From: Clostridiales bacterium
GTDB taxonomy: Bacteria; Bacillota; Clostridia; Oscillospirales; Oscillospiraceae
Assembly (NCBI GenBank): GCA_019418625.1
Contig: DYBL01000010.1
Coordinates: 5,167 to 69,166 of the forward strand
Reading direction: 5' to 3'
DNA length: 64,000 nt
In this document: positions 1 to 9,762 of the stretch, piece after piece
How positions within the stretch are numbered: position 1 is the first letter of the stretch
How the letters are laid out: the number at the start of each line of letters is the position of its first letter
Position numbers and translations under genes: made by a program
Notes under the pieces: generated by a model
Seen by the model: the letters and a program-made list of their open reading frames with translations, nothing else
The model's database searches: none
What the model was told of the DNA's origin: nothing

Positions 1-49
1 AGCGGTGCAGGAAGGCGACGGGGAAGAGGCGAACAAAGAAGCACGCCTT

Positions 50-2422
50 TTAGCGGGGGATCTCCTCCATGGTGAAGCCCTCGATGATGTCGCCTTCCTT
101 GATGTCGTTGAACTTCTCCACGGTCATGCCGCACTCGTAGTTCTCGGCGACCTCCTTGGCATCGTCCTTGAAGCGCTTGAGGGAGGCCAGGTGGCCCTCG
201 TGGATGACGATGCCGTCACGCACCACGCGCACGGAGCAGTTGCGCACGATCTTGCCGTCCTGGACGTAGCAGCCGGCGATGGTGCCCACGCCGGAGACCT
301 TGTAGGTCTGGCGGACCTCCGCGTGGCCCAGCACCACTTCCCGGTACTTGGGAGCCAGCATGCCCTTCATGGCGGCGGTGATCTCGTCGATGCAGTCATA
401 GATGACGCGGTACATGCGCATATCCACGTTCTGACGCACGGCGCCGTCCCGTGCGGCCGCGTCGGGCCGGACGTTGAAGCCCACGATGATGGCGCTGGAA
501 GAGGCGGCCAGCATCACGTCGGACTCGTTGATGGCGCCCACGCCGCCGTGGATGACGCGGACGTTGACCTCGTCGTTGGAGAGCTTCTCCAAAGAGGCCT
601 TCACGGCCTCCACGCTGCCCTGGACGTCGGCCTTGACGATCAGGGGCAGCTCCTTGCGCTCGCCGGCCTGGATCTGGTCGAACAGGTTCTCCAAAGAGAC
701 CTTCTGTACCGGCGCGGCGGCCTTGGCGCGGGCCTCGGCCTTACGCTGCTCCACCAGCTCGCGGGCCATGCGCTCGTCTGCCACGGCGAAGAAGGGGCTG
801 CCGGCCTCGGGGGCCTCGGAAAGGCCCGCGATCTCCACGGGCACGGAGGGGCCGGCCTCGGTGAGGCGGTTGCCCTTGTAGTCGGTCATGACGCGGATAC
901 GGCCCACGGCGGTACCGGCGATGATGATGTCGCCCTGCTTGAGGGTGCCGTTTTGCACCAGCAGCGTTGCCACGGGGCCGCGGCCCTTGTCCAGCCGGGC
1001 CTCGATGACGGTGCCCTGGCCGGCGCGGTTGGGGTTGGCCTTCAGCTCTTCCATCTCGGCGGTGAGGGTGACCATCTCCAGCAGGTTCTCAATACCGATG
1101 TTCTTCTTGGCGGAGACTTTGCAGCAGATGGTCTCGCCGCCCCAGTCCTCGGGCACCAGGCCGTACTCGGTCAGCTGCTGGAGCACCCGGTCGGGGTTGG
1201 CCTCGGGCTTGTCGATCTTGTTGATGGCCACGATGATGGGGATGTTCGCGGCCTTGGCGTGGTTGATGGACTCCACCGTCTGGGGCATGATGCCGTCGTC
1301 GGCGGCAACCATCAAAATGGCGATATCGGTGATCATGGCACCGCGGGCACGCATGGAGGTGAACGCCTCGTGGCCCGGGGTATCCAGGAAGGTGATGGGC
1401 TTGCCGTTCACCTGCACCTGATAGGCGCCGATGTGCTGGGTGATGCCGCCGGCCTCACCGGAGGCAACGGAGGTATTGCGGATGGTATCCAGCAAAGAGG
1501 TCTTGCCGTGGTCCACGTGGCCCATGACCACCACCACGGGGGCGCGGGGCACCAGATCCTCGGGCTTATCGGCGTGGTCGTCGATGAGCTTTTCCTCAAT
1601 GGTGACCACGACTTCCTTCTCCACCTTGCAGCCCAGCTCCTCGGCGATGATGGCAGCGGTGTCGAAGTCGATCAGCTGGCTCAAAGAGGCCATGACGCCG
1701 TTTTTCATCAGGCACTTGACCACTTCGGCGCCGGTCTTTTTCATACGGGAGGCCAGCTCGCCCACGGAGATCTCGTCGGGGATCATCACCTTGACGGGGG
1801 CCTTCTTGGCGATCTCCAGCTGGAGGCGGCGCATCCGCTCGGCCTCATCCTGCTTGCGCTTGTTGGAGAAGGTCATGTTGCCCCGGCGCTGGTTGTTGGA
1901 GCGGATCTTCTCCTTGCCGCCGCGCTGCTGGCGCTGCATCCGGTCGGCGCGCTCGCCGCCCAGAGTCTCCAGACGCTCGTCGTACTTGGCAAGGTTCACG
2001 TCGCCGCCCTTGCGGGTATCCACGATCTTCTTCTGGGGCACCCGGGTCGTGGTGGCCTGGGATGCCTGGGGCGCCTTGGCCTCAGCCTTGGGCGCGGCGG
2101 CCTGGGGCTGGGTGCCCTGGGGCTTGGCGGGAGCGGGCTTGGTCTCTGCCTTTTCCTTGGCAGGGGCGCTCTTGCTCTCTTCCTTGGCCTCGGTCTTGGC
2201 GGCGGGCTTTTCCTGATAGGCCTCGGCAAAGATGGCCTGGATGTTGGCCACCTGGTTGTGCTGGGTCAGATAGTCGAAGATCAAAGACAGCTCATGGTCC
2301 GTGAGAACCTGCATGTGGTTCTTGGGAGCCGTGGCATACTTGGTCAGGATCTCCGTGATGGTTTTGGTGGGCAGGCCGAAATCCTTCGCCACCTCATGCA
2401 CTCTGTATTTCTCAATACCCAA
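50..2422 (-). CDS. infB: Translation initiation factor IF-2
   Basis: G-domain motifs [16 protein letters not shown] and NKID; N-terminal KYRVHEVAK; likely TTG start at 2422 after a GAGGTG RBS; last gene of the rimP-nusA operon within the window. Confidence 0.98.
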   Translation of the reverse strand: MGIEKYRVHEVAKDFGLPTKTITEILTKYATAPKNHMQVLTDHELSLIFDYLTQHNQVANIQAIFAEAYQEKPAAKTEAKEESKSAPAKEKAETKPAPAKPQGTQPQAAAPKAEAKAPQASQATTTRVPQKKIVDTRKGGDVNLAKYDERLETLGGERADRMQRQQRGGKEKIRSNNQRRGNMTFSNKRKQDEAERMRRLQLEIAKKAPVKVMIPDEISVGELASRMKKTGAEVVKCLMKNGVMASLSQLIDFDTAAIIAEELGCKVEKEVVVTIEEKLIDDHADKPEDLVPRAPVVVVMGHVDHGKTSLLDTIRNTSVASGEAGGITQHIGAYQVQVNGKPITFLDTPGHEAFTSMRARGAMITDIAILMVAADDGIMPQTVESINHAKAANIPIIVAINKIDKPEANPDRVLQQLTEYGLVPEDWGGETICCKVSAKKNIGIENLLEMVTLTAEMEELKANPNRAGQGTVIEARLDKGRGPVATLLVQNGTLKQGDIIIAGTAVGRIRVMTDYKGNRLTEAGPSVPVEIAGLSEAPEAGSPFFAVADERMARELVEQRKAEARAKAAAPVQKVSLENLFDQIQAGERKELPLIVKADVQGSVEAVKASLEKLSNDEVNVRVIHGGVGAINESDVMLAASSSAIIVGFNVRPDAAARDGAVRQNVDMRMYRVIYDCIDEITAAMKGMLAPKYREVVLGHAEVRQTYKVSGVGTIAGCYVQDGKIVRNCSVRVVRDGIVIHEGHLASLKRFKDDAKEVAENYECGMTVEKFNDIKEGDIIEGFTMEEIPR

Positions 2423-2491
2423 TAAAAACACCTCGTTATGCTCCAACCCGAGGGCTGGGGAAATTTTTACAAGTGACTGCCCCGAGGCAGA

Positions 2492-3196
2492 TCAGGATTC
2501 CTTCTTGCGGAAGGAGCCCTTGCCCTTTTTCACGGGGCGGCTGTTGGCGTATGGATTCGGGGCGCTGCCGCGCTTTGCGGCAAAGCCTCTGCCGGGCTTG
2601 CCGTCACGGGCCGGAGAGGCATCTGCGCGGCACCGGTCGCTTCGGTCCCGGGCGGGGGCTGCCGTCTTGCGGGGCGCATCCCGGTCCGGACGGGGGCGCC
2701 TGCCCGGCGCCTTTTGTACATTTGCGGGGGCTTTGGCGGGCTCTTCTGCCCGGCGCTGGGGCTTTTCCCTGCGGGCTTCCGCGCTCCGGGGCGCTTTGGC
2801 CTGGGCTTCGTGCAGGCGCTTGCGCTCGGCGGCCCGCTTGGCCTTGAGCTCCATCCGCTGGGCAAGGTCGGCGTATCGCGCCGGGTCCATCTGTCCCAGG
2901 CGGTTTGCCACCGCGCCTGCAAGGCCCAGGTCCGTGACGCCGGCCATGGCCACGCTGGCCCGGCCCAGTGCCCGGCCCAGCTCCGCCTTGGAAACCGGCA
3001 GCTCAGCAAGCAGGCACTGGCCCTCCCGGGCGAAGCGCTCTGCCCGGCGGCGGGTGGAGTCGGGCGCGTCGGCACACAGGACCAGAAGCCGGATGGCCCG
3101 GCACTCGGCGGCTTCCGCCACCGGCTCCTCGCCTACGGCCAGATGGTTGCCCCGCAGGCACAATCCCAGCAGGGAGGCAATGGCGTTATTGTCCAT
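2492..3196 (-). CDS. L7Ae/L30e-family RNA-binding protein (YlxQ-like) with a long basic C-terminal extension
   Basis: LLGLCLRGNHLAVGEE...SKAELGRALGR L7Ae-type pattern; lies between ylxR and infB. Confidence 0.85.
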   Translation of the reverse strand: MDNNAIASLLGLCLRGNHLAVGEEPVAEAAECRAIRLLVLCADAPDSTRRRAERFAREGQCLLAELPVSKAELGRALGRASVAMAGVTDLGLAGAVANRLGQMDPARYADLAQRMELKAKRAAERKRLHEAQAKAPRSAEARREKPQRRAEEPAKAPANVQKAPGRRPRPDRDAPRKTAAPARDRSDRCRADASPARDGKPGRGFAAKRGSAPNPYANSRPVKKGKGSFRKKES

Positions 3197-3464
3197 CCGC
3201 ACCTCCCAGTTCTGCCTCCATGGCGTCGTACACCTCCGGCGGGATGGCCACCTCGAAGGCCCGTTCCAGCGCCCGGGACTTGCGGGCCTTTTTCAAACAG
3301 GCCACGTCGTGGCACACATAGGCGCCCCGGCCGGGCTTCTTGCCCACAAAGTCCAGCGAGACGGTTCCCTCGGGGGAACGCACCACCCGCAGGAGGGATT
3401 TCTTGTCTTTCATCTCACGGCAGCCCACACACTGCCGCTGGGGGATCTTTTTCGGCTTTGGCAT
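3186..3464 (-). CDS. ylxR: YlxR/DUF448 RNA-binding protein (RnpM family)
   Basis: PQRQCVGCRE...LLRVVR...GRGAYVC motif; directly downstream of nusA. Confidence 0.93.
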   Translation of the reverse strand: MPKPKKIPQRQCVGCREMKDKKSLLRVVRSPEGTVSLDFVGKKPGRGAYVCHDVACLKKARKSRALERAFEVAIPPEVYDAMEAELGGADGQ

Positions 3465-3491
3465 CGCACAGACCGCCTTTCCGTTTGGTAC

Positions 3492-4676
3492 TTATTCCTC
3501 GCTGCCGGCCTCGGCAGCGTCCTGGGCGTCATCGGCCAGGGAAGGCTCCTGGGCAGACACGGAGGCGTCCGCATCCTCCTCGGGGTCCCGGTAGCTCTGG
3601 GGCTTGATGTCGATCTTGTAGCCGGTCAGGCGGGCGGCCAGGCGGGCGTTCTGGCCCTCCTTGCCGATGGCCAGGGACAGCTGATCGTCAGGCACCACGC
3701 AGCGGCAGGCCTTGCCCTCGTCCGCCATCCACACGTCCACCACGTCGGCAGGCGCCAGGGCGGCGGCGATGAACTGGGCGGGATCCTCGTTCCACTTGAT
3801 GATATCGATCTTCTCGCCCCGCAGCTCTTCCACGATGGCGGCGACCCGCTGGCCCTTGGGGCCAACGCACGCGCCGATGGGATCCACGTTCTCGTCGTTG
3901 GACCACACGGCCATCTTGGTGCGGCTGCCCGCCTCACGGGCGATGGAGCGCACCTCCACGGTACCGTCGTAGATCTCGGGCACTTCCAGCTCGAAAAGGC
4001 GCTTGACCAGGCCCGGGTGGGTACGGGAGATGAGCACTTGGGGACCACGGGTGGACCGGCGGACCTCCACCACGTACACCTTCACGTGCATGCCCTCGGT
4101 CAGCTCCTCGCCGGGCACCTGCTCGCCGGCCATGAGCAGAGCCTCCGTGGACTCGCTGCCGGTGCCGATGCGCAAAGAGACGTTGCCGTTGCGGGGATCG
4201 ATGCGGGTGACCACACCGGTGAGGATCTCATGCTGCTTGGAGTTGAACTCGTCGTACACCATGCCGCGCTCGGCCTCCCGCAGGCCCTGGATGATGACCT
4301 GCTTGCCGTTGCCGGCGGCGATGCGGCCGAACTCCACCGTGTCCACGGGGAGGTTGATGACGTCTCCCACCTCATAGCGGGCGGAGATGTGCTTGGCCTC
4401 CTCCACCAGGATCTCATTGGCGGGGTCCACATAGTCCTCCTCGGCCACCACGTTCTTCTGCACGAACATCTTCATGGTGTGGCGCACCTCGTCCACGTCC
4501 ACGATCACGTTCTCCACGCCGTCGTGATCCCGCTTGTAGGCGGTGGTCAGGGCCTGGATGATCTTATCGAGCATGAAGGACTGGGGGATGCCCCGCTCCT
4601 TCTCCAGCAGTTCCAGGGCGGCGAAGATCTCCGCGGGGTTGAAGCCGACGGGCTCCTTTTGCTTTTTGCCTTTCAT
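3492..4676 (-). CDS. nusA: Transcription termination/antitermination factor NusA
   Basis: FGRIAA, S1 and KH domains (AREAGSRTKMAV, LSLAIGKEGQNARLAARLTG). Confidence 0.98.
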   Translation of the reverse strand: MKGKKQKEPVGFNPAEIFAALELLEKERGIPQSFMLDKIIQALTTAYKRDHDGVENVIVDVDEVRHTMKMFVQKNVVAEEDYVDPANEILVEEAKHISARYEVGDVINLPVDTVEFGRIAAGNGKQVIIQGLREAERGMVYDEFNSKQHEILTGVVTRIDPRNGNVSLRIGTGSESTEALLMAGEQVPGEELTEGMHVKVYVVEVRRSTRGPQVLISRTHPGLVKRLFELEVPEIYDGTVEVRSIAREAGSRTKMAVWSNDENVDPIGACVGPKGQRVAAIVEELRGEKIDIIKWNEDPAQFIAAALAPADVVDVWMADEGKACRCVVPDDQLSLAIGKEGQNARLAARLTGYKIDIKPQSYRDPEEDADASVSAQEPSLADDAQDAAEAGSEE

Positions 4677-4727
4677 TCGTGATTCTCCTTTTATTGATAC
4701 GTCTTTTTCAAACGAACAGGAACGGTT

Positions 4728-5189
4728 TTAAAATTCCACCCGCAGCCGTACCAGAGCCACGTCCTTTTTCTCAAAGGTCAGATCCTGGGTGCCCACGGTG
4801 ATGGTGACGGCGCCGGTGGCCTCGTCATAGGCCTTGAGATGGCCGGCGAACTCCTTGCGGCCGTCCAGATTGCGGTAGAGCTTCACCAGCACGGGGCTGC
4901 CCAGGAAGCGGGCAAAGTCCCCGGGGCGCTTGAGGGCCCGCTCGGCGCCGGCAGAGCCCACCTCCAGGGTGTAGCTTCCCTCGATGGGGTCGGCCTCGTC
5001 CAGAAGGTCACTGACCTTGCGGGAGACGGCCTCGCAGTCCAGAATATCCACGCCGCCCTCCTTGTCCAGCAGGATGCGCAGATACCAGGTGCCCGCCTCC
5101 TTGACGTATTCCACGTCCCAGAGGGTGCATCCCTGCTCGGCAATGGCGGGCGCGGCCAGTTCCGCGGTCAGCTCCGTGATCTTCTTCAT
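4728..5189 (-). CDS. rimP: Ribosome maturation factor RimP
   Basis: DVEYVKE, DCEAVSR, YTLEVGSAGAERAL motifs; first gene of the nusA operon. Confidence 0.96.
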   Translation of the reverse strand: MKKITELTAELAAPAIAEQGCTLWDVEYVKEAGTWYLRILLDKEGGVDILDCEAVSRKVSDLLDEADPIEGSYTLEVGSAGAERALKRPGDFARFLGSPVLVKLYRNLDGRKEFAGHLKAYDEATGAVTITVGTQDLTFEKKDVALVRLRVEF

Positions 5190-5248
5190 GGGAAATCCCC
5201 CTTTATTTTACAAAAAATGCAAAATTTGACCGGCCAAAAAAGGCCAAC

Positions 5249-5274
5249 AAAAAGAGCGGACCACTGGCCCACTC
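5249..5274 (-). promoter_or_regulatory. rimP-leader terminator/attenuator hairpin
   Basis: Minus strand GAGUGGGCC-AGU-GGUCCGCUC-UUUUU between the promoter and rimP; resembles the Firmicutes rimP leader hairpin. Confidence 0.7.
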
Positions 5275-5410
5275 CACACACCTTACTCTTCTAACATACA
5301 CACCATACCACAGATGGGGAGAAAGCGCAAGCCCTTTCTTGCGGTTTTCTTTATTATATTGTGTAAAAAAACCGCCGGATATGCGCTTACGGCATACCCA
5401 GCGGTATCTT

Positions 5411-6226
5411 TCAGCGGCGGCGCAGGGCCGACGTCAGGCAGGAGAGCAGGAACAAGGTGAGGTTCGCCACCACCACCGATGCGCCCACCGGTGTGGACAG
5501 CGTGAAGGAGGCCACCAGGCCCGTGCAGAAGCAGGCCACGGATGTGACAGCGGCGCACACCACTACGCCCCGGAAGCTCTTGAACAGCCGCATGGCCGTC
5601 AGGGCGGGGAAGATGACCAGGGAGGAGATGAGCATGGCGCCCATCATCCGCATGCCCAGCACGATGGTCAGGGCCGTGAGGATGGAGAGCAGGGTATTGT
5701 AGCGGTCCACCTTCAGCCCTGTGGCCCGGGAGAAGTTCTCGTCAAAGGTGACGGCGAAGAGCTTGTGGTAGAAGAGGATGAACAGCACCAGCACGGCGAT
5801 GCACAGCGCCACGGACAGTACCACATCCGCCTCCGTCATGGCCAGCACCGAGCCGAACATGTAGTTATCCACGTCGGTGGTCATGCCGGTGGTCTGAGAG
5901 ATGACGATGATGCCGATGGCCAGGGCCGACGCGCTCATGACGGCGATGGCCGCGTCGCTGTTCCAGCGGGGATGGCTGGCCATGCGCAGCAGGAAAAAGG
6001 CCGCCAGGATCACCACCGGAATGGAGAAGTACAGCGGCGTCACCCCCAGGGCCACGGCGATGGCCAGGGCGCCGAAGGATACATGGCTGAGGCCGTCGCC
6101 GATCATGGAGTAGCGCTTGAGCACGAGAGAAACGCCCAGCAGCGCCGCGCACAGGCTCACCAGCACGCCGGCGATGAGGGCCCGCTGCATGAAGGGATAG
6201 GAGAAGATCAGGCTCAAAGACATCAT
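5411..6226 (-). CDS. Metal (Zn/Mn) ABC transporter permease, ZnuB family
   Basis: FMQRALIAG, GDGLSHVSFG and ALTIVLGMRMMG motifs; multiple hydrophobic helices. Confidence 0.92.
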   Translation of the reverse strand: MMSLSLIFSYPFMQRALIAGVLVSLCAALLGVSLVLKRYSMIGDGLSHVSFGALAIAVALGVTPLYFSIPVVILAAFFLLRMASHPRWNSDAAIAVMSASALAIGIIVISQTTGMTTDVDNYMFGSVLAMTEADVVLSVALCIAVLVLFILFYHKLFAVTFDENFSRATGLKVDRYNTLLSILTALTIVLGMRMMGAMLISSLVIFPALTAMRLFKSFRGVVVCAAVTSVACFCTGLVASFTLSTPVGASVVVANLTLFLLSCLTSALRRR

Positions 6227-6933
6227 TCCACCTCCCGGAACCGCCGCCCCTGGGGGGAGGCCAGATACTCCGCCACCGTGCCGGAGAACACGCTGCTGCG
6301 GCCGATGTGCAGCACGGTGCGGGCGCTTTTGAGGGCCGCTTTCAGGTCGTGGGTCACCATGACCACGGCCATGTGCTCTTTTTCATTGAGATAGGCCAGG
6401 GTCTTGTAAAGATCCTGGGCCGCGGCCGGGTCCAGCCCGGTGATGGGCTCATCCAGAATGAGCAGGGAGCTGGCGGCGCACAGCGCCCGGGCCAGGAGCA
6501 CCCGCTGCTGCTGACCGCCGGACAGGTCCCGGTAGCACTGGTCCTTCAGCTCTAAAACCCCCAGCTTGCCCATGTTCATGAGCGCCTGGGACTTCTGGGC
6601 GGCGGAGTAGAAAAAGCGGTTTTTCCGCTGGTTGAGGCAGCCGGAGAGCACCACCTCGTACACGGTGGCAGGGAAGTCCCGCTGGGCACGGGTCTGCTGG
6701 GGCAGATATCCGATGGCGCCCCGCTGGAGCTCCGGCGAGCGCAGGATCTGCCCGGACTGGGGCGGCAGCAGGCCCAGAAGGCCCCGCAGCAGCGTGGACT
6801 TGCCGGAGCCGTTGTCGCCCACGATGCAAAGGTAGTCCCCGGTGCGGATGGTCAGGTCCAGATGGGTCAGCACGCTCTGGCCCTCATAGCCCAAAGACAC
6901 GTCCCGGCAGACGATCAGTTCATTTTGTTCCAT
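6223..6933 (-). CDS. Metal ABC transporter ATP-binding protein, ZnuC family
   Basis: Walker A GDNGSGKS, signature LSGGQQQRV, LLILDEP, switch VTHD; start MEQNEL at 6933. Confidence 0.93.
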   Translation of the reverse strand: MEQNELIVCRDVSLGYEGQSVLTHLDLTIRTGDYLCIVGDNGSGKSTLLRGLLGLLPPQSGQILRSPELQRGAIGYLPQQTRAQRDFPATVYEVVLSGCLNQRKNRFFYSAAQKSQALMNMGKLGVLELKDQCYRDLSGGQQQRVLLARALCAASSLLILDEPITGLDPAAAQDLYKTLAYLNEKEHMAVVMVTHDLKAALKSARTVLHIGRSSVFSGTVAEYLASPQGRRFREVE

Positions 6934-7333
6934 GGGCGTCCTCCTCGGCACAGTTTTCGCAAAGCCCCGTGAACACCGTGCCCCGGGGGTCGATGCGGAA
7001 GTGGTGCTCCCGCTCCAGGTGGTCGTACAGGGACTGAAGATGGGTGCAGTCCACATGGCGGACCCGGCCGCAGCGGCTGCACTTGAGCAGCACGCAGTCC
7101 CGGTGGCCGCCGGCGTGGCCGCACAGATGGAAAAAGGCGCCCTCCGCCGTGTTGATCTTGTGCACCTGCCCGGTGAGCGTGAGCTTTTCCAACTGGCGGT
7201 AAATGGTGGCCAGCCCCACGGGGCAGCCGTCCTGGCGCAGCGCCTGGGCAAGGTCCGCCGCCGTCAGGGGCTCTCCCTGCCGCTGCTCCAGACACCGCAG
7301 CACCGCCTGCTGCTGTTTGGTGGTATAGGACAT
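6920..7333 (-). CDS. Fur-family transcriptional repressor (Zur-like)
   Basis: GLATIYRQL helix; CxxC pairs CSRC and CENC; first gene of the metal ABC operon. Confidence 0.9.
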   Translation of the reverse strand: MSYTTKQQQAVLRCLEQRQGEPLTAADLAQALRQDGCPVGLATIYRQLEKLTLTGQVHKINTAEGAFFHLCGHAGGHRDCVLLKCSRCGRVRHVDCTHLQSLYDHLEREHHFRIDPRGTVFTGLCENCAEEDAHGTK

Positions 7334-7344
7334 ACGTTGCCTCC

Positions 7345-7373
7345 AATATGAAAACGAAAATCGTTTTCATATT
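7345..7373. promoter_or_regulatory. Fur/Zur-type operator overlapping a sigma-A promoter
   Basis: Perfect 13-bp inverted repeat AATATGAAAACGA-AAA-TCGTTTTCATATT overlapping the minus-strand -10 TATAAT (7371-7376); -35 TTGACT at 7393-7398. Confidence 0.75.
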
Positions 7374-7484
7374 ATAAACGGGCCGTGAAAAAAGTCAAGA
7401 GCAGTTGCAAATTTCCGGGAAATGGGGTATGGTAGGCTTATCAAAACGCGCCGCATGGTGCGGCGTGGGAGTAGGAGAGACGAT

Positions 7485-8402
7485 ATGAAAGTTTCACTGG
7501 TCATCATGGCCGCGGGCCTGGGTTCCCGCTACGGAGGCAGCAAGCAGGTGGACGGCATCGGCCCCCACCATGAGATCTTGATGGAATACTCGATTTATGA
7601 CGCCATCCGGGCGGGGTTCAACAAGATCGTGTTCATCATCAAACCGGAGATGGAGGAGATGATGCACCGGCTGTGCGGCGACTATCTGGCAGGCAAGACC
7701 GCCCGGGACGGAAGTCCTGTGGAAGTGGCCTACGCCTTCCAGGATTTTTCCTCTGTGCCGGACTTTTATCACATCCCCCCCGAGCGCACGAAGCCCTTCG
7801 GCACCGTGCATGCCCTGCTGTGTGCGGCGGATGTGGTGCACGAGCCCTGCTGCGTCATCAACGCCGACGATTACTACGGCATCGACGCCTACCGTACCAT
7901 TTATGAAGAGCTGATCCGCCTGCCCGAGACGGGCAAGGCCACCATGGTGGGCTATCTTTTGAAAAATACCGCCAGTCTCCACGGCACGGTCTCCCGGGGC
8001 GTGTGCACCGTGGCGGGCGGCAAGCTCCAGTCTGTGCGGGAGGCGCTGAAGGTGCAGCTCTATCCGGACGGCACCCTGCGGGACCTGGCCCGGGACGAGT
8101 CCCTGGCGCCGGACACGGTGGTGTCCATGAACTTCTGGGGCTTCATGCCCAGCATCTTCCCCGCCCTCCGGGAATACTTTGAAAACTTCCTGCGCAACGA
8201 GGCGGGCGAGGACCTCAAGGCCGAGTGCCTGCTGCCGGTGATGGTGGACCAGCAGATGAAGGCGGGAAAGCTGGAGGTGTCCGTGCTCCACTCCGCCGAC
8301 AAGTGGTTCGGCATGACCTATCAGCAGGACCGCGCCGTGGTGGCCGAAGAGCTGCGGAAGCTCCATCAGCGGGGAGATTATCCCGAAAGCCTGCGGGGGT
8401 AA
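7485..8402 (+). CDS. Sugar-phosphate nucleotidyltransferase family protein
   Basis: LVIMAAGLGSRYGG.K, KPFGTVHA and INADDYYG motifs; RBS AGGAG. Confidence 0.88.
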   Translation: MKVSLVIMAAGLGSRYGGSKQVDGIGPHHEILMEYSIYDAIRAGFNKIVFIIKPEMEEMMHRLCGDYLAGKTARDGSPVEVAYAFQDFSSVPDFYHIPPERTKPFGTVHALLCAADVVHEPCCVINADDYYGIDAYRTIYEELIRLPETGKATMVGYLLKNTASLHGTVSRGVCTVAGGKLQSVREALKVQLYPDGTLRDLARDESLAPDTVVSMNFWGFMPSIFPALREYFENFLRNEAGEDLKAECLLPVMVDQQMKAGKLEVSVLHSADKWFGMTYQQDRAVVAEELRKLHQRGDYPESLRG

Positions 8403-8582
8403 AGCATATGCCCTCCGGCATCCATTCATGAAAAGAGCGTTCCCGGTGTTTGCCGGGGGCGTTTTTTTGCCCGTAAAGGGGTTGTAAAAAATTGATACCG
8501 AATTTTCAATCTTTTGTTTCGACTTTTTCCGCCCAGAACCGTCTAATTAGTATAGAAGGGAACCACACGGGAAGGGGCGGTC

Positions 8583-9503
8583 ATGATGAAAAGATCAAAA
8601 AGAGCAGCACGGCGCCGGTGGGGGCTGGGCAAAGCATTGGGATTGATGGTACTGGCGGGGACTTTGGCGTTTTTGTTTTCCGGCAAGCTGCCGGCGGCAC
8701 TGCCGGAGGAGCCCGCTGACGAAAATGGGGTCTTCCGGCAGCCTGTGCGGGTGCTGCACCACCCCGCAGAGTGGGCCGGAGAATCCGACGCGGCAGCGCC
8801 GGAGGAGAAGTCCGTCCAGACTGCGCCCGTGGAGACGCCCCGCATGCCGGAGCTGCCGGTGGAGGAGCCTGCGGAGGCGGAAGAGGACGTCAGCGTGGTG
8901 GTGCCCCAGAGCGAGCCTGTGGGCATGGAGTATTTTTCCGACGCGGTCTTCCTGGGCGATTCCCGGACGGAGGGATTGTACCTCTACGGCAACATGACGG
9001 AAGGAGAGTTCCTTTACGCCGTGGGAGCCACAGTGGAGTCCGTGTTCACCAAGCCCACCCAGACTGCGGAAGCGGGGAAGGTGCCCATGCTGGATGCCCT
9101 GGCGGACATGGAGTGCGGCAAGGTGTACATCATGCTGGGCGTCAACGAGCTGGGCTGGCCCCGGACGGAGACGTTCCGCGACCAGTACGGCAAGCTCATC
9201 GACCGGGTCCGTGAGGACCATCCGGACGCCCAGGTGGTCATCCAGTCCATCCTGCCGGTCAGCGCCGCCCAGGACGCCAAGGGCACCTATGTCAATAACC
9301 GCCGCATCCAGGAGTTCAACGATATGCTCCGGGAGCTGGCGGAGGAGAAGAACTGCCCCTATCTGGATGTGGCGGAGGCGGTGACGGGGGAGGACGGATG
9401 CCTGCTCCCGGAGCTCACCTCCGATGGGGTGCATCTGAACACCAAGGGCTGCGCCGCCTGGCGGGACTATCTCATGAGTCATCCGGTTACAAAGACCCTC
9501 TGA
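8583..9503 (+). CDS. Membrane-anchored SGNH/GDSL-family hydrolase (esterase or acetyltransferase-like)
   Basis: N-terminal TM helix, Pro/Glu-rich linker, FLGDSRT, LGVNE, DGVH. Confidence 0.85.
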   Translation: MMKRSKRAARRRWGLGKALGLMVLAGTLAFLFSGKLPAALPEEPADENGVFRQPVRVLHHPAEWAGESDAAAPEEKSVQTAPVETPRMPELPVEEPAEAEEDVSVVVPQSEPVGMEYFSDAVFLGDSRTEGLYLYGNMTEGEFLYAVGATVESVFTKPTQTAEAGKVPMLDALADMECGKVYIMLGVNELGWPRTETFRDQYGKLIDRVREDHPDAQVVIQSILPVSAAQDAKGTYVNNRRIQEFNDMLRELAEEKNCPYLDVAEAVTGEDGCLLPELTSDGVHLNTKGCAAWRDYLMSHPVTKTL

Positions 9504-9682
9504 ACAAAGAGGGTCTTTGTTTTTACTTTTTTTACAGTTTTGTTTTGGATCGTTCATGCACTATTGCTGAAAAATGTGGGAGAATAGACAATTGCTTGAC
9601 AACTTGACTGAAAAACGCTATAAATACAGTGTACGAAAGGTACATTCCCCCGGTGTGCGGGGGTATGTATTGCCTCTGTTTT

Positions 9683-9708
9683 TGGAATAAGATTCCGTAA
9701 TGCGGAAT
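9683..9708. promoter_or_regulatory. Operator TGGAAT-N3-ATTCCG-N5-CGGAAT, copy 1 (IclR/KdgR-like)
   Basis: TGGAATAAGATTCCGTAATGCGGAAT upstream of kdgT; motif recurs at 12390 and 27113. Confidence 0.7.
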
Positions 9709-9762
9709 TTCTGGAAACGAGGCGTATCAGGGAGAAACGAGAAAACGAGGAGGAAAAAGCCC

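Noticed and set aside
5..2425. Long antisense ORFs (e.g. 5..2425, 2301..4682, 13461..15842, 49478..51529)
   Set aside because: They are shadows of real genes on the opposite strand caused by high-GC codon bias, with no recognisable motifs.
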